From: Strigamia acuminata
Lineage: Eukaryota
Reading direction: 5' to 3'
Length of the DNA: 64,000 bases
Assembly (NCBI GenBank): GCA_949358305.1
Contig: OX442314.1
Coordinates: 16,864,001 to 16,928,000, forward strand
Shown here: positions 47,754 to 62,429 of the stretch, in pieces
Layout: every line of letters starts with the position of its first letter
Position numbering within the stretch: position 1 is the first letter of the stretch
Translations under genes and position numbers: made by a program
The notes under the pieces: generated by a model
What the model was told of the DNA's origin: nothing
Seen by the model: the letters and a program-made list of their open reading frames with translations, nothing else
The model's database searches: none

Positions 47754-50700
47754 TTATTGTTTCCATTTTTTCAGCTGTTCGTCGAGGGCATCGGGCTGAA
47801 GCTGATGACACATCCCACCAAGTACATTTGACGTGGCTTCAGCAGTAATTATAAAAGGTTTGACAACAGTTGGTGGAATCTGGCGTAAAACTCCACCCAC
47901 AGCACCAGGAATTCCTTTGTGACGATGTTCCTCCGAAGCAACATTAATCAGTACTCGGGCAGTCTCGCTTACTCCCTAAAACCGAACAATTTGCTCAAAT
48001 TATTAAGCAGCAACACACGCACCAAAGCTGTAATACCGACCTCTCTGACTACTTGGCACGCACTTGCTATTCCTTCTCTGATATCAGCCGGTTGAGATGG
48101 CTTCCTACGTTGGTAGTTTTGAATAGCGCGGGTTTTCTTCACACTTGGTCCAGATGACACCATATCGTAAGCAGTTTCTGCTGCGCACTGAAATCATTTT
48201 TAAATCAACACGACAGACAGAATAATCTAAATGAACATTTCTTACTTGTATCGTTTGGACAAGTCGGTTAGTCAACTCCAACACTGCCATAGCAGTTGAT
48301 GTCGTGAAAGAATTAGCACCTCTTTGTATTCCACGAACTATTCTTCCGTCCCTTTTGTATTGTTCTACTGGAAGCCAGACGAGATCTCGAATACCTTGAA
48401 CTAAATAATAATCGTCTCTTAAGCCACTTATTTTAAAAACAATAATCCAAATTGATCCTTACATAATTGAAGTAATGAGTGCATTGGTCCTACACCCCCT
48501 AACAAACCAGGTAACTGTGTTTTCTTGATATCTTGCATCCATTCAGCAAGCGCATATGCGACCAACCTTTCAATGCCAAGCATTCTAAAACAATATATAT
48601 ATTTGCATACAAATAAAAGAATAAATAACCAATAACTTTAATATATTACCCATGACGATAACTCAGTTTTTTCAATCGGATTTCTGAATTATTTAATTGT
48701 CCAAGACCCATAATCAAACCCGCCAAGGTTCCTTGCTCCATGTCCACGTGTTTGCCGTGGTAATCCAACCGTATTAACACATCGGGCGAAAAAGTAAGCG
48801 ATCTACGAAACAAAGTAATCAAACTATTCAGTACGTTTAATGTTTGTCAAACTAAATTACCTAAAGAATGTTGGGGAATTCGGAGAATTCGTTTCTGTAA
48901 TTTCGGTAGTGTCATTTAACAGTTGTTGTTGCGAACTTTCATTCCAAATTTTATCGCAGTGTGTAGATGGAGACGTGGAAAAGGAATGAACACCCATTAC
49001 AGGTTGCTGTTGTTTCTCATCCCTTTCGGCAGCGTAAGAATTTCGCCTCACAATATCGGAGCAAAAATCGAATAAGAATAAGAGCGCATCTTGATCGATG
49101 TTCAATCGTATTGGCAACATTGACATTTTAACGTCACATTCCAACTGCTGAACGTAGGGTTTGCTTCGTGAATGAACCGCCTTGATCACAACCTAACAAT
49201 GGTTTTTCCCCCATTAAAATCATACATTTTACTCATTGCTTCAAATGGTTACCATGTTGGCATGAGTTTGCCGAGGGACGCTTTCGGACGAATATTGATA
49301 AAGAAATTTGTTGAATTGAGATGACGCCAAACGATCTCGAATTTCTACATCTTGTATCAGCAAAATCTGCCAAATTGCTTTGAGCGAACTCGCTGGATAT
49401 TTTTCATACTGAAATCGTACCTACAAAATGCAATTCATTAAAGACAATTCCCAAATTAACAATGACGCCGACTATCAACCTTGTTAAGTTGCAACTCAAT
49501 GTGTTTATCATGATCTCGTCCGGGTCCACCCTCGTGTTTCCAGTTTCTTTTTGCCTCGTTACTATTCCTGTTCACAGAAGGCCTATTGTTTGTGGACAAT
49601 TCTACAGCCTCGGATGCCGGGCTGAACGATACTTTCAGCGTTGATAAATCTTGGAAACTACTGTTGAGATAAATTGCAATGTAGATAGTTAAGGAATTCT
49701 CTTATTTGGCCGGATATACCGATTATCGTTGTTCTGAGGTTTTTGCTTCGTCTTTTGAGTTACTGGCTTAAAATCGGTTCCCCCGTACATGTGCCAAGTA
49801 ATCGACATCTCCTGTAACGTGTAACGCTCCTCCGATAATGGAAAATCTTTGGGAGCTTTCAGTTGATCCGTTTTCGTCATTGGAATAGTAAAATAATTTT
49901 CTATCAAACTTATCGGTTCTGTTGTGAGTATGCGAACTTCTGGTTCTCCACTAACGGGCTAATGTGAAAAAATAAAACGATTTAATAAATTAATTTAAAT
50001 TATTGTTTAGTTTAACGAACCATAATTCCAACTCCTGTATCATTTTCGAGTATTAAAAATCCGTCACTGTCAGAGTTGTTGTCTTCGTCTGGAAGAGTAA
50101 GAGGACAAGGGTCATTGCCAGATGATTGTACAGCTTCGTCCGGGAATAAGAAAACTTCCCCGGTTGCCCCGGCTGCCTCTTGGCACGTAGGCGATGCCAC
50201 GAAGGCTGCGCATCATTGCAATAATAAACCCGAATAACTAAAATTAATTTTTTCCACTATAAATAATTGTAAACAAACCGCCATCTGAACTCTGTAGATA
50301 GAAATTTGACTCCTCCATTGCATCTGCCAATCGGTTGGGTAATTGTTGTTCTTGTGTTTTTAACTCTTCATTTATAACCGTAAGCTCCTAAATGTTTAAT
50401 AATTATTAAATAAATAAATAAATAAATAAAAGATTTTTGTTTATAATTTTTCTTCTTGATTATTTGTTAGATTCTCACATCTACTACACTTTTTTTGGTT
50501 TCCTCATTGATCATGTCACCATAGTTTGTGCAATACGCGATTAATTCTTGTAAGGCGTAAAAGGTATCGCTGCAAGTTCGAATATTTATACCACTGAGGA
50601 CTATCTTAATGTCTGTTTTAGGTATGCCCTGAAAACAACACAAATAAGTTTCGGTTCTCATAATTAATTAATAATCAATATAATACTAACCAAATCCAAT

Positions 50701-53700
50701 TCGTTTGCCTCTTTATCGGATAATGTTGTAACTTTCTCCTGCTGAAAAGTCACATCCTGCTTGGAAAGATCGCAGAAATTGGCATCGACAACTTCTACGT
50801 AATCTAAAATTCCAAGACAAATATTTAAATAAAACTATCAAAATTGCATCACAAAAATAGAATGTTTCAAATACCTTTTTTCAAATCTACTTGTGATGCA
50901 TTGCAATTCTGCGATAAAAACAAACAAACGTCTTCACCTATAAATCTACAGTATAAAATTGAACTACAATTTATTACAACTGTTTAAAACTAAATCGAAT
51001 GAATTCAATTTCCACCTTAAACGGGATATGCTCGCATGAGCGGCAATATTGCTCGATATACATAAATTTTCCATGGTTAAAGCAACCCGAAGTGGAAGGT
51101 TCACTGGTCTGAAAAGAATCCCTTTTGATTTAAACACATTACACATAAACTATCATCATTTCAGATACCTATAGTCAACAGCGCATCCCCACAAATTTAA
51201 GTGTAGTTCCGTAACAATATCTGGTTCTTTGTATCCAGCAACATATTCATCTCGTACATTGAAGAAATCAGCAAACTGTGATACACAACACTGTATCGTG
51301 GGCGTCATCTTGTATCGTAAAGTAGCTTCACGAACTCCAAGAGCAACTTTAAACGTCTGAAATTATTTTTAGAATTAATGTAGAAACAGTAAAATCACCT
51401 CCAATTAACATTTTAATACTTTGATATTAGCATTCTGATCCAGATTAACTTTAATTGCCATTGAAACCATATCTAAGCTATCTCTGCCAGTGCCAACACA
51501 GCCACTTAATTTCGTAAATAAACCAGGCTTTGAATAATAAACAGTCGGATACAGGTGAGAAACGACACTGTTGGCGATGTTTTGCAATTGTGGACATCCT
51601 GTCGGACGTTCTTGTAAACCTATGCAAAATAAGAGTAATTTGAATATGGACAGCTACGGTTTTGATAAAAATAAATATTTTGTGTTTTTTTTACCATTGT
51701 GGAATATCGCGCCTTTATTCAACTGCAGACAAATAAAGGAACAATTTTGTTGCCCTTGGAAACCGGAAAGAATGTAGCATAAACCATCTTCAATTTGCAG
51801 ATGAATTTCTCCACAATGTCCTGGAATTTCTTTTTCTTTGCTTTCCTTAGCAGGCGTAAAAAGCGTCAATCGCCCTTGATTGGTTCTAATTGTAACGGCA
51901 ACTTTATTCTGTCCAATTTGTTTTGAATTTTCATGCTTTCTCTGCTTCCGTATGTCGTAAACGGAATAATATATATGATCGTCGTCATCATCATCGTCAG
52001 AATTTGGATTTGAATCTAAGTCTGCTAAAGAAAGAAAACAAATTAATATGGCAACGAAATGCGACGCAAGCAGCAAAAGTGCCAACCATTTAAATCTAAT
52101 TTTGGCGAAAATGAATGAAAAACGTTACTACTCATCCCAGGAATATTGAGATTCGGTAAATAATTCCCGCTTTTATCACAAGTCATTCGAGGTTTTGGAG
52201 CAGCGGGCTCCCACAAAAATAAATCGTTTACTATTCTGTTTAAAAATTGTTATTATTACAATTCAAAAATTATCATTTTTCTTAAATTTACCTATTATAT
52301 ACAACTTCGTAGAAATCCTTATCCAACAAGCACGCGGCCCAGTTAGGTAAATTCAAATCCAAGCAGACCCTACAATTACTGCTAGTTGTTTCCATAAACA
52401 GCGACATTTCTGCCTTATCCCCAGGCATCACCATCTACAATTTTCTCATTAGACCTTTTAATTCAATTCCTGCACAGTGGATCCTACCTGATCTTTATCC
52501 GAAAACGAATCTTTACTTTCTTGTTTATCACGATGTTGATTTTCGTAAACGACTTTCCGCGACGAAAAAGGCGATGGTTCAGTGAGCCGATTGTTAGACA
52601 TTTGCTGGACGATGGTATCGATTGAGCTTAATGGCATGGAATCTAAAGTGTCATCAACATCCTCTTCCACAACCAACGGTGGTTTTACTGGATTGATTTT
52701 TATCAACAGCCTGAAATTTTCGTAATGTTAAACCTATATCTTGGCCTTTCCATTGCTTTTAAACATTAACCTAGAGCAACTGAATTCCGTTTCGTTTGAT
52801 CCTCCTTGCCCATCAGCAGTAGCATGCAGAAAATGAATTTTTGGAAGATCCGCAGCAGCCATATAATATCCTACACATAACAAAAAAATAACATTTACAA
52901 TTACAAACTCTCAACTTTATCATTTTTTACCGTCTGCATCTTTCCAACGGAGTTCAATAACTGAATTTGTTTGTTTACTGCTGAAAACTGTACTCCAAAC
53001 CGTAGATGTTAAGTCAAGTTGAAGAATATCTGACCGAATATTGCGTTTCCACCACGGTAAACGATCCATATCGTGTAGCGCACGAAGGTCCGGAACAGGA
53101 AATCTATGCAATTAACATCAAATGTTTATCAAAATGCAGAATAACCACACACGTATTCATTGTCCCGTACCTAACGAAAATTGACAATAAAGGTGCGGAA
53201 ATTTTAGCAGTTACTGTGTAATCGGAATTAAGATCGCCTTCATCTACCGCTTGATTGAAACACGACTACAGATAAACAACAAATTAAGTTCAATTTAATT
53301 CAAAAAATACCGGTATGCAATTTTTACTTGTGCCGTTTGGGGGCAGAGAATTGGTCGTTGTTGACACTGGTTGTATACTGGCTGAGGATTTAGTAAATCA
53401 CTTATCCGATCAACAATCGAAATGTCCAATTCAACGTGGCACTGTTCCAAATTAATTTGAATTTCCGTTTTGGGTAGGTTCAATCTATGCCTGCGAATTC
53501 TACCAACAGATTCGGCATGCGATACTTTCATTCGAAAACACGAATCCATCTGCCTAATATCACTTTTCGTATCAAACACTAATAACTGTAAATATAAAAT
53601 ATATATTTTTAAATAAAATCCAATTCCAATAATTAAATAACCTAAACACGTACATCACAAAATTCCCACAAACCCTCCGTGTGATTCTGATCTGATGTTT

Positions 53701-56700
53701 TCAAGGGTTTGTCAATCATTAAGCATTCGACTAGTTCCATTGTTCCGCAAGAGAAATTAACTAATGACGTACAGACAGAAGATCTTGTACACTCATTACC
53801 TTCAATCGTTACTGGACAAGCACTCAACCTATAAAAAAAATTAATATTTAAGTAATTAATTGTACGACTGAAAATAGCAAGAACTCAAACCTCAAATGAT
53901 TAAATTTGCAAATGTTTGCAAATTCGGTTCGACTGGCTTCAAAGTTACTCGTTCCTCTCCGAGTTAATTCAATAAAATCATTGAAAAATGTTTCGGCTGT
54001 GTTTTTCATTTGATCGACAGACGACTGAGCCACGCAGTCACTGTTTTCCCTTGTTGAAGTCATCACATCCTCGTGCAATATAAATACATTCAAGTTGCTA
54101 ATTTGAATTTTATATTGTGTCAATTCAGATCCGCCTCCATGTAACGAGTGCGAATTGTCTGCAAATACAATTATTTTCGACTTAAAACCCAAATTTCTTA
54201 GATATACCTAATAGTCTACACTCGATAGTTAATTGAAAAACAACAACAAATTCGTAGCATTAACAAGTAGTTACCTTTTATTAATTGAATATGTTTAAAC
54301 TCCTTTGTATTAACTGAGTTTTCTGAACAAGCGCTAATAAATGAGGTGTCTACAAGCAACGTCCATGCAACAAAATTAAAAATTAAAAAAATATTAAATT
54401 AAAAAAGCTAAAACTAATTACTACAATTTTTGGAGTAATGATCTGTTACCATCAACTTTCAGTCTTTTACTTGTATTAATCTTAGCATAAATCATTACAT
54501 AAGCCAAACATAACTTAAAATAATGTGTTTGTGCATTACAACATAGACACAGTGGGGACTTCTAGAACTCCAGATTTACCAAAAAATTAAAAATAAATAA
54601 GATACTCACTTAAATCCTCATTAGTTGTGGTCTCCGACACAGAAGTCGCATCAGACGCCACACTCGAAGCCATTCGATGAGTGGTCATTGGCAAAAAGTC
54701 ATCATCAGACTCTTCTGCGATGAAGCGAAAAGAATAATAAAAAATACAGTATAACCAATGTTAAATTGTACAAGTTTTACCCAAGCAATGGGTTGACCAT
54801 CCTTGATGATTGTCTAACGATTTGACAACAGTAATGGGTTTCATTTGTTTTTGAAGTTCTTCTTCAACTCTAACAAAATCTACAGGTTCCATGGGTTTGT
54901 TCCGGGACTGTTTAGTTGGTGCAACGTTACTGTTGTCTTCCATGCCTAACCCGAGATATTTGTGATAGTTTGTGTGAAAAATTTTAATTCTGACAAAACT
55001 TACCAGGCGATAATAATCCTGATGCTAAATTAAGTAAAATGTGAACTTGTCTTGGCGTCAGGAATAAAGTGCACAAATTTAAACTCACCTCAGTCGTAAC
55101 CTTTCAAAATAAGAAATGAAATAGTTATGAGTTAGTAATTTTTTTATTATTATTAAAGTTAATTACTTTTGGACCAGGCACTGAATCGACTTGTTTCAGC
55201 TTAAGACAGATTTCTTGTCTACCAAGAAACTTTCCAGCAAGAACGGGATTTGGACCAACAGCGGCAATATTCGTTGTAGGATTTGAAAAATCATCCATAT
55301 CTGTTGAGCTTTCAAATTCTGAATGTTGAGGTGGCAATTCAGGTGACACAGGAGCTGTTGCAAATAAATCAAGCGATTTCTGAAAATATAATTATGTAAA
55401 TTTTCCGCTTGATTAATTGCTCTAAAACAGCCTTACTTTTGAATCCGCTGAATCGTTGGAAGAAACTGATCGCGCGTACGTTCTCGCTTGCGTTGGAAAT
55501 TCATCCGTATAAAAACTAAATCCTTCAACGTAAAACTTCTTATTATTAAAAGCTGCATTTTCGTATATATTCTTCTGGCAATTTTGTTTCACGTGTTCTT
55601 CCGTTCCCGCTTCGTCGAAATAATCAATTCTAAACAAATTAATAAATTTAAATAAAAAGTTAATTATTTTAAAACATCCATTTTTTACTTTTTAAATCGA
55701 AATTCAACGGCAACTCCATGTTGACTATCTTTTGGTACGTGTTCAACACGAAAAACAGTATCGATAAAACGAACTTTGATGCGACTTAAAACTATCGAGA
55801 GAAAAAAGAAATACTATAAAACTCGGTAAAAAAAAAGAATCATAATTATTTAATTTTTGTGACCCCAACCAAAAGGTTCCGTGACCCCAACCAGAAGGTC
55901 CCTTGACCCCAACCATGGATCCCTCTTCCAACAATACAGCTCAGGATTAGAGTCACTAATCCCTTTTCTTCACCTCACAAATTTTTGTTTTAAAAATGAC
56001 TAGACTAAAATACTGATCGTGCCAAGCTTCTGTAAAGTTTAAATAAAATACCACACGCACCAAATCTAAAACAGTTATGGATGACAAAAACAGATACAAC
56101 AGTATACTGTACGATATATAAATTAAACCTTTACCAGATTCAATTGCTTGTGCAAATATCTCTAATCCTTCGAACGATTGATTCACAGTCTCTGAATCCG
56201 CACCTAAATCTTGTTTAAGACATTCCTGAGCTAACTGAATGCTTGTGGCCATACTACTCCAATCGAACATACATCCTGTAAAAAATAAAGAAAAACATTA
56301 AAATAAAAGTGATGATTTGCCGTGTTTATGTTTACTCACCATTATTATGGCGCTGCTTTGGCTGAACAGTAACGGACAATCCATGTACTTCGACATAACT
56401 ACTCTCTTTTAAAATGTGAAGCCATGGCACGCTGACAGTAATATTCGCTATGTATCCATCAACAAATTCTACTGGAAGTTGATAAGTCTCACCAATCTCG
56501 TTCAAGGTCTAAAATAAACACGATTTTCATGCAATCTGAACAACAAACTGCGCAATGTTAAAACTTACATCAACATCTAAATGAACGTCTGTTAACGTCG
56601 CTGTCCCATCGAATAAAGCAACACTCAATTGTTCGTACGAACCTTTCTCCTGCAAGAATTCGCCCAAATAGCGTCGCAAAAGATAATTGCATATCTTAAC

Positions 56701-56733
56701 TTTAAAAGGTTCCGAAATAAATCCCCACGACAT
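47754..56733 (-). CDS. ATG2: Autophagy-related protein 2 (lipid transfer protein), many small exons
   Basis: Chorein-N start MSWGFISEPFKVKICNYLLRRYLGEFLQEK; RFPVPDLR..RLPWWKRN; LPIRLNIDQDALLFL; C-terminal QPADIREG and GIPGAVGGVLRQIPPTVVKP; ends KKWKQ* (47756-47754). Internal exon boundaries were not all resolved. Confidence 0.94.
55860..55915. repeat. 22-bp tandem repeat (TGACCCCAACCA...) x2.5 in an ATG2 intron
   Basis: Three TGACCCCAACCA cores at 22-bp spacing. Confidence 0.8.
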
Positions 56734-57099
56734 TTCGTTTCACATGAGTTGCAACAATCACGCGTTATCGGGATAAATAAGCCACATCTATCGTGCACAG
56801 CTGACCAAATTAAACAGATTACGGATTATTGGAAAAGAGTTACATGCGTCATTACTAGCTACCTAACGTATGGAAATATGAATTTGTGTGACGAATGTTT
56901 ATATTGAAGCCGTGCCAGGTGCTAGCACAGTTGAGTTGTTTTTCAACACCACCTATTGACAACACGACCAAATACCAGTTACCATAGGCAGCGCGTCGAG
57001 ACAAGACGTTATAAACAATTGTGTGTTGGTGTGCACCTGATGAATACGTGCTTTATTGATTGCTGAAACCCCACGATTAATTAATTAACTGCAATAGTC

Positions 57100-57919
<820 letters not shown>

Positions 57920-58211
57920 CGTTCTCAATGCAAATACTGTATATCCGTTTCTTTTAACTGGTTTAAACCTTGTATTTTATTAACTCTAGAAGTTAATCTA
58001 GAAAAAAAAACAACCAAATGTATTCCTTATTTATGAATCATTCCGTAATCAGTGATTTGTTTGTTACAATGTTCTGTTATATTTTTGAAAGCACGTACTG
58101 AATGTGATGTTGAAGAATAAAACGTCTTTATTACTTTAATTAAGTATTAATGACCTACCACATGACCTAATTACAACTGTACAAACTCTAGGCAACGAGT
58201 AAAGAAATCAA

Positions 58212-58945
58212 TTAATCAAAGCCAGCATTCTCAGCAACCTCGTCCGACACTCTTCGGTATTGTTTAATGTATTTGGCAGTAAAAGGACGGTAATACCAAC
58301 CTTGGTAATCTCCTTCAGAGGCCATCATTTCTTGTACGCGAGTTTCGATGATTCTGTTCAAAATAAAACGTTTATCAATACAAACGGTAAACGAGTGAGC
58401 TTATAAACAAGTGAAACCTAATATTTCGCTTATCATATTCCTCTTTAAGCATGTGCATACTCTTCTCATACTCTTGTTGATATGTGGGATATATGTACTT
58501 TGCCATCCACCTCTTAATTGGATGCTGGAAAAAAGATTTTATAAATCGCATTCGTGTATCATTATATAATCCATTTACTTTGTGATATTCCCACGGCTCT
58601 GGTGTATACCCTTCAGGGATTTCGGCCAATTCAGCCGGGCCAATAAATATCTCGCAGTATGCAACGAGGCTGAGAATGGGAATAAAACCCACCATGCAGT
58701 ACAAATTGATCATATCCTTCATAGTGTTCCATTGAAAACGACTCGGTTTAATTATCATCACACGTTTTGCGGCCATTTGCCGATTTTGCACTGCAATAAA
58801 AATATATATAAACAAAAATGAAAAATTAGTCCGTTTTTTTTCCCCCTAAATGCGTTTTACTTAAACATTGGTTTATTTTAGGTGTCAGTATTTTCTTGCA
58901 GACATTAGTCGCAGCTCGAAACGGTAAAACACTGAGGACCGCCAT
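58212..58945 (-). CDS. NDUFB5: NADH:ubiquinone oxidoreductase subunit B5 (SGDH)
   Basis: Presequence-like MAVLSVLPFR; IKPSRFQW; one TM segment; [44 protein letters not shown]. Confidence 0.92.
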
Positions 58946-59165
58946 TTTGCTTGCTTTCGCCGCTAAGTCCAATCACGAGATGAGCAACAATATTGACCTG
59001 GTTCAAATGAAAAAAAAAATTAGATTTGAGTAAAGACATAAAATTTAATAACAGAATTTATATTTATTTCTGCTTTACACGTCGTAAAATTTTATATTGC
59101 GTACAGTCGCAGTGTCCTCGAGTGTCCCGCAGCCGCATGCGCACAAAGTATTTTAAAAGAGGAAA
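58946..59165. promoter_or_regulatory. 220-bp bidirectional promoter NDUFB5/SPAG7
   Basis: Divergent ATGs; CCAAT at ~58969; NRF1-like CGCATGCGCA at 59134-59143; both starts lie in YY1-like AAAATGGC. Confidence 0.6.
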
Positions 59166-60128
59166 ATGGCCGATCTTTTGGGCTCGATTCTTAATTCGAT
59201 GACAAAACCGCCTACTGTTGGAAACAGACAGAAAGAGCAACTAAAAAGTAATATTCATTTAAAATGATAATCAAGCTGCTGCTAACTCATCCTAAAATTT
59301 TAGAACAAAAAGAAGTACTTGAAAAAAAGCATCTTGAAGAAAAAAAGAAACTCAATTCATTCAGACAAAAAGTAAATAGAATATAATTTTCTGAATCGTG
59401 GTAACAACTTTTTACTATATTTATTAGGTCGAAGAAGATATTAATAGTTTCATCCAGGATCCAACTCGTCATAAATATAAATTCGAGCCTATGAACAAAG
59501 TCTGTCGAAGCATAGTGTAAAATTAATTTACAATCTTTGCAATGTGACAAACGATTAACATCGGCAATTACCTTTCAGACACGACATTGTAGAAGTAGCT
59601 GGCCTTGCAGCATTTTCCTTTGGCACAGACGAACTAGATCGGTACGTATATGTGTTTAAAAAGGAATTCGCGCCAAGTGACGACGAACTAGCCGCTTATC
59701 GCAAAGGCGAAGAATGGGATCCCGAGAAAGCAAAAGCAGAAAAACTGGTAATAAAAGCATTTATCAAGTTCTAAAATTGGAAATAAATCCAATTATTCGT
59801 TCCAGCTTGCCAGTAGTCGCGTGGAAGATAAAAAACCAGCCGAGTTTACACCAAACAGTAATTACAGGGAGAAATACGAAAAACTCATTGGAAAAACATC
59901 GGCGAAAGAAGCTGCCAGAATCACCGTCCCCAACAAGCAGTTTGGAAATGGTAAATTGAATATTTAAACTTAAATTACCGCTACACAAATTAATACGAAC
60001 GAAAATCTTTAGTTCCGAGCGAAAATAAACGAGATCAACGATCGATCGAACAAGCCTTGGCAGATATAAAAGCCAAAAAGAAACTGAAGCTTTCGAAGCT
60101 GGAAGACGAAGACGAAGACTGCAAATGA
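59166..60128 (+). CDS. SPAG7: Sperm-associated antigen 7 homolog (R3H domain)
   Basis: [87 protein letters not shown] 60126-60128. Confidence 0.92.
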
Positions 60129-60291
60129 AAGAAACTCAGCCATTTAATCAACCTTCCAGAATTAGTTTTCCCTTCATTTCTCTATCACTGCGTGTAATTA
60201 AAGAACAAACCAAAGAATTACTATAATAATACGTTTATAAAACATTTATAATTAAGTATAAAAAAATGTCAGTTCAACAATTCATTAAATA

Positions 60292-61995
60292 TCAAACATC
60301 AGAAACAAAACGAGTTGTACTTTCGCACGAACTTAAACGGTTCGAATTCTGCAAATAATCAGGACTGAATTGCATCTCGGGCTGAAAGTACTCGGGCGGA
60401 CATGATAATCGGTTCGGATTGGATGATGCCAATGTCACGTACAAAGGCCACTTGGTTTCGTCTAACGACTGGAAGCTTTGAGAGTGTTTTGGATTTAAGT
60501 TGTACGCGTACTCCAAGTCTCGCGACGGATCTATACAGTTTATATTAGACAGCGATTCGTGTCTAAACGCAGGAGGCGGTTGTCGTTGTTGCTGCAACTG
60601 ATGAATTATTTGGTGCGTCGATCCGAACCGCGGTCTGATGCCCCTCACGGACGGCCGACGACATATTTCCATAAAAGCGTCGTTCGGCTCGGGCGTATAC
60701 CTCTGGCGAACACGTTCGATTCGCTCCCAATCCTGTTGCACGAACCTCTCCAATTCGTCTACGTTGTCGTTCACTTGATCGTCGTGATGGTCGTTCGCAC
60801 AGTGGTCCCACAATTTACTGCTCATTTTCCACTCGCGCACGTCGCCGGGCACGTCCACTTCTTTCGGACTGGAATAAACATCTTTTAAAGGGCATCGAGT
60901 GTTCATCATGTCGTGCACTTCTTGTAGATCCAATCGCGGTAAAGAATTCATCGCGGCTGCCACTTCGCCGCTCGTTTGACTCGTTTTTGCGTCGTCCGAA
61001 TCTCGAGTGAGTAATCGCAGTTTATCCATGATGGAAGGCACTTGGCTGCATGGTTTTGTCTCCTGCGTTTTTCGTCTGGTGTTGGCGCACTGCGTTAAAC
61101 TCCGTCTTAAGGCAGTTCGTTCCAAGCATTTGCGAACGGCAGAATTACTTCTCAGCTCGCACGTTCGATGCGACGGCGAATCGTCGTCGGATTTCGTTTT
61201 GTGTAGCTGGTAGCGACGTTGAGACTGTTGTATCGACTCTTCGTTACGTTTATTTTCCTCGCTCGTCATGAGGATGACGGTATCCTGCGACGAATTCGTC
61301 TCGGAATCGCTGTCCAAGTTATTCGCGTCCATCATCATGTGTTCCAGGTGGGATAAATTATCCCCAGTGACACTTAGATCTAGGAAATCGTCAGATACTG
61401 CCTTGGAATCTTCGTCGTCGTCTTTATTTTTATCAAATTCATCCCAAAAGTTGTCCTCCATTTTTATGTCAAAACTCGAGTCGATTAGACTAATTAAATT
61501 ACTTATTGGTTCTGATGTTTCGTTACAAATCACAGGTTTATCACTGAAACTGACGTGTAAATTTTTTTTGTTTCTTTCACGCTTCAGAATTGAGCGCAGC
61601 GTCCCTGAATCACTGCCATTAGCGTCTCCATTACTCGATGACGGAACCTCTTCCTGTTTCGCAGGCGTTTCGCTTCGTTCGGGCACAACATCGGGCAAAT
61701 CAACGTCTTGTTTATCATTAAAATCTTCGTTGTTTTCATCGTCCATTTCGTTTAAATCTCCCTCACTGTTATTATCAGAATCGTCCTCAGTTGTCACAAC
61801 TTCTGCACTTATCATTTTGTTCGCGTCCTTTTCTTGATAATTTTTCTCGTCGTTCGGTACAATGTCTGGCGACTCAGCCTCGCCCGTGTTTCTCTGCTCA
61901 AAAAATTCCTCGTTATTGTCCTCATCGTTTTGCTTCGTTTCACTTGAATCGGACGAGCAATTGATTTCCAATACATCCTGGCCAGCATTATTCAT
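60292..61995 (-). CDS. Uncharacterised, largely disordered protein (567 aa from ATG; frame open to an acceptor at 62095)
   Basis: 1.7-kb stop-free ORF with coding-like GC content; acidic N-half; motif-like blocks ELERFVQQDWERIERVRQRY and RRPSVRGIRPRFGST; ends -VSDV*. Confidence 0.8.
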   Translation of the reverse strand: MNNAGQDVLEINCSSDSSETKQNDEDNNEEFFEQRNTGEAESPDIVPNDEKNYQEKDANKMISAEVVTTEDDSDNNSEGDLNEMDDENNEDFNDKQDVDLPDVVPERSETPAKQEEVPSSSNGDANGSDSGTLRSILKRERNKKNLHVSFSDKPVICNETSEPISNLISLIDSSFDIKMEDNFWDEFDKNKDDDEDSKAVSDDFLDLSVTGDNLSHLEHMMMDANNLDSDSETNSSQDTVILMTSEENKRNEESIQQSQRRYQLHKTKSDDDSPSHRTCELRSNSAVRKCLERTALRRSLTQCANTRRKTQETKPCSQVPSIMDKLRLLTRDSDDAKTSQTSGEVAAAMNSLPRLDLQEVHDMMNTRCPLKDVYSSPKEVDVPGDVREWKMSSKLWDHCANDHHDDQVNDNVDELERFVQQDWERIERVRQRYTPEPNDAFMEICRRPSVRGIRPRFGSTHQIIHQLQQQRQPPPAFRHESLSNINCIDPSRDLEYAYNLNPKHSQSFQSLDETKWPLYVTLASSNPNRLSCPPEYFQPEMQFSPDYLQNSNRLSSCESTTRFVSDV

Positions 61996-62429
61996 TATTC
62001 TTTTCGACGTTAGGCCTAAACTTACTGCGTCGTCGTCAAACCTAGTCTCGAAAAATCTCGGACCCGAACGAGATTTATGAAATGTGAGCTCAACCTGATT
62101 ACACGCAACACTAATCTTTTTTTTTTTTCAAAATAAATGTGTTAAATTTTACATTAATCCGTAAATAGCCGTGACGAAAAAAATTACGAGCAAAATCGTT
62201 CACCTTTTGTTCGGGTATAATACATAAAAATTATTCGTGTTTTCAAATACTAGTGTTTGTTAAAATTGCACAATGCAACATGAACCGTAAACTTTTTTTT
62301 TCCGTTTTTATTTTATTGGTTATTGAATAACAAAAGTTTTTTCGTACATATGTATTTGCACCATGTTAAACATAAAACAAGAAGCCTTACAAATTCAACG
62401 ATGCAATTTGAGTAACTCGACCTTAACTT

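Noticed and set aside
61268..61837. 189-aa Ser-rich + strand ORF
   Set aside because: Antisense shadow of the acidic 567-aa ORF.
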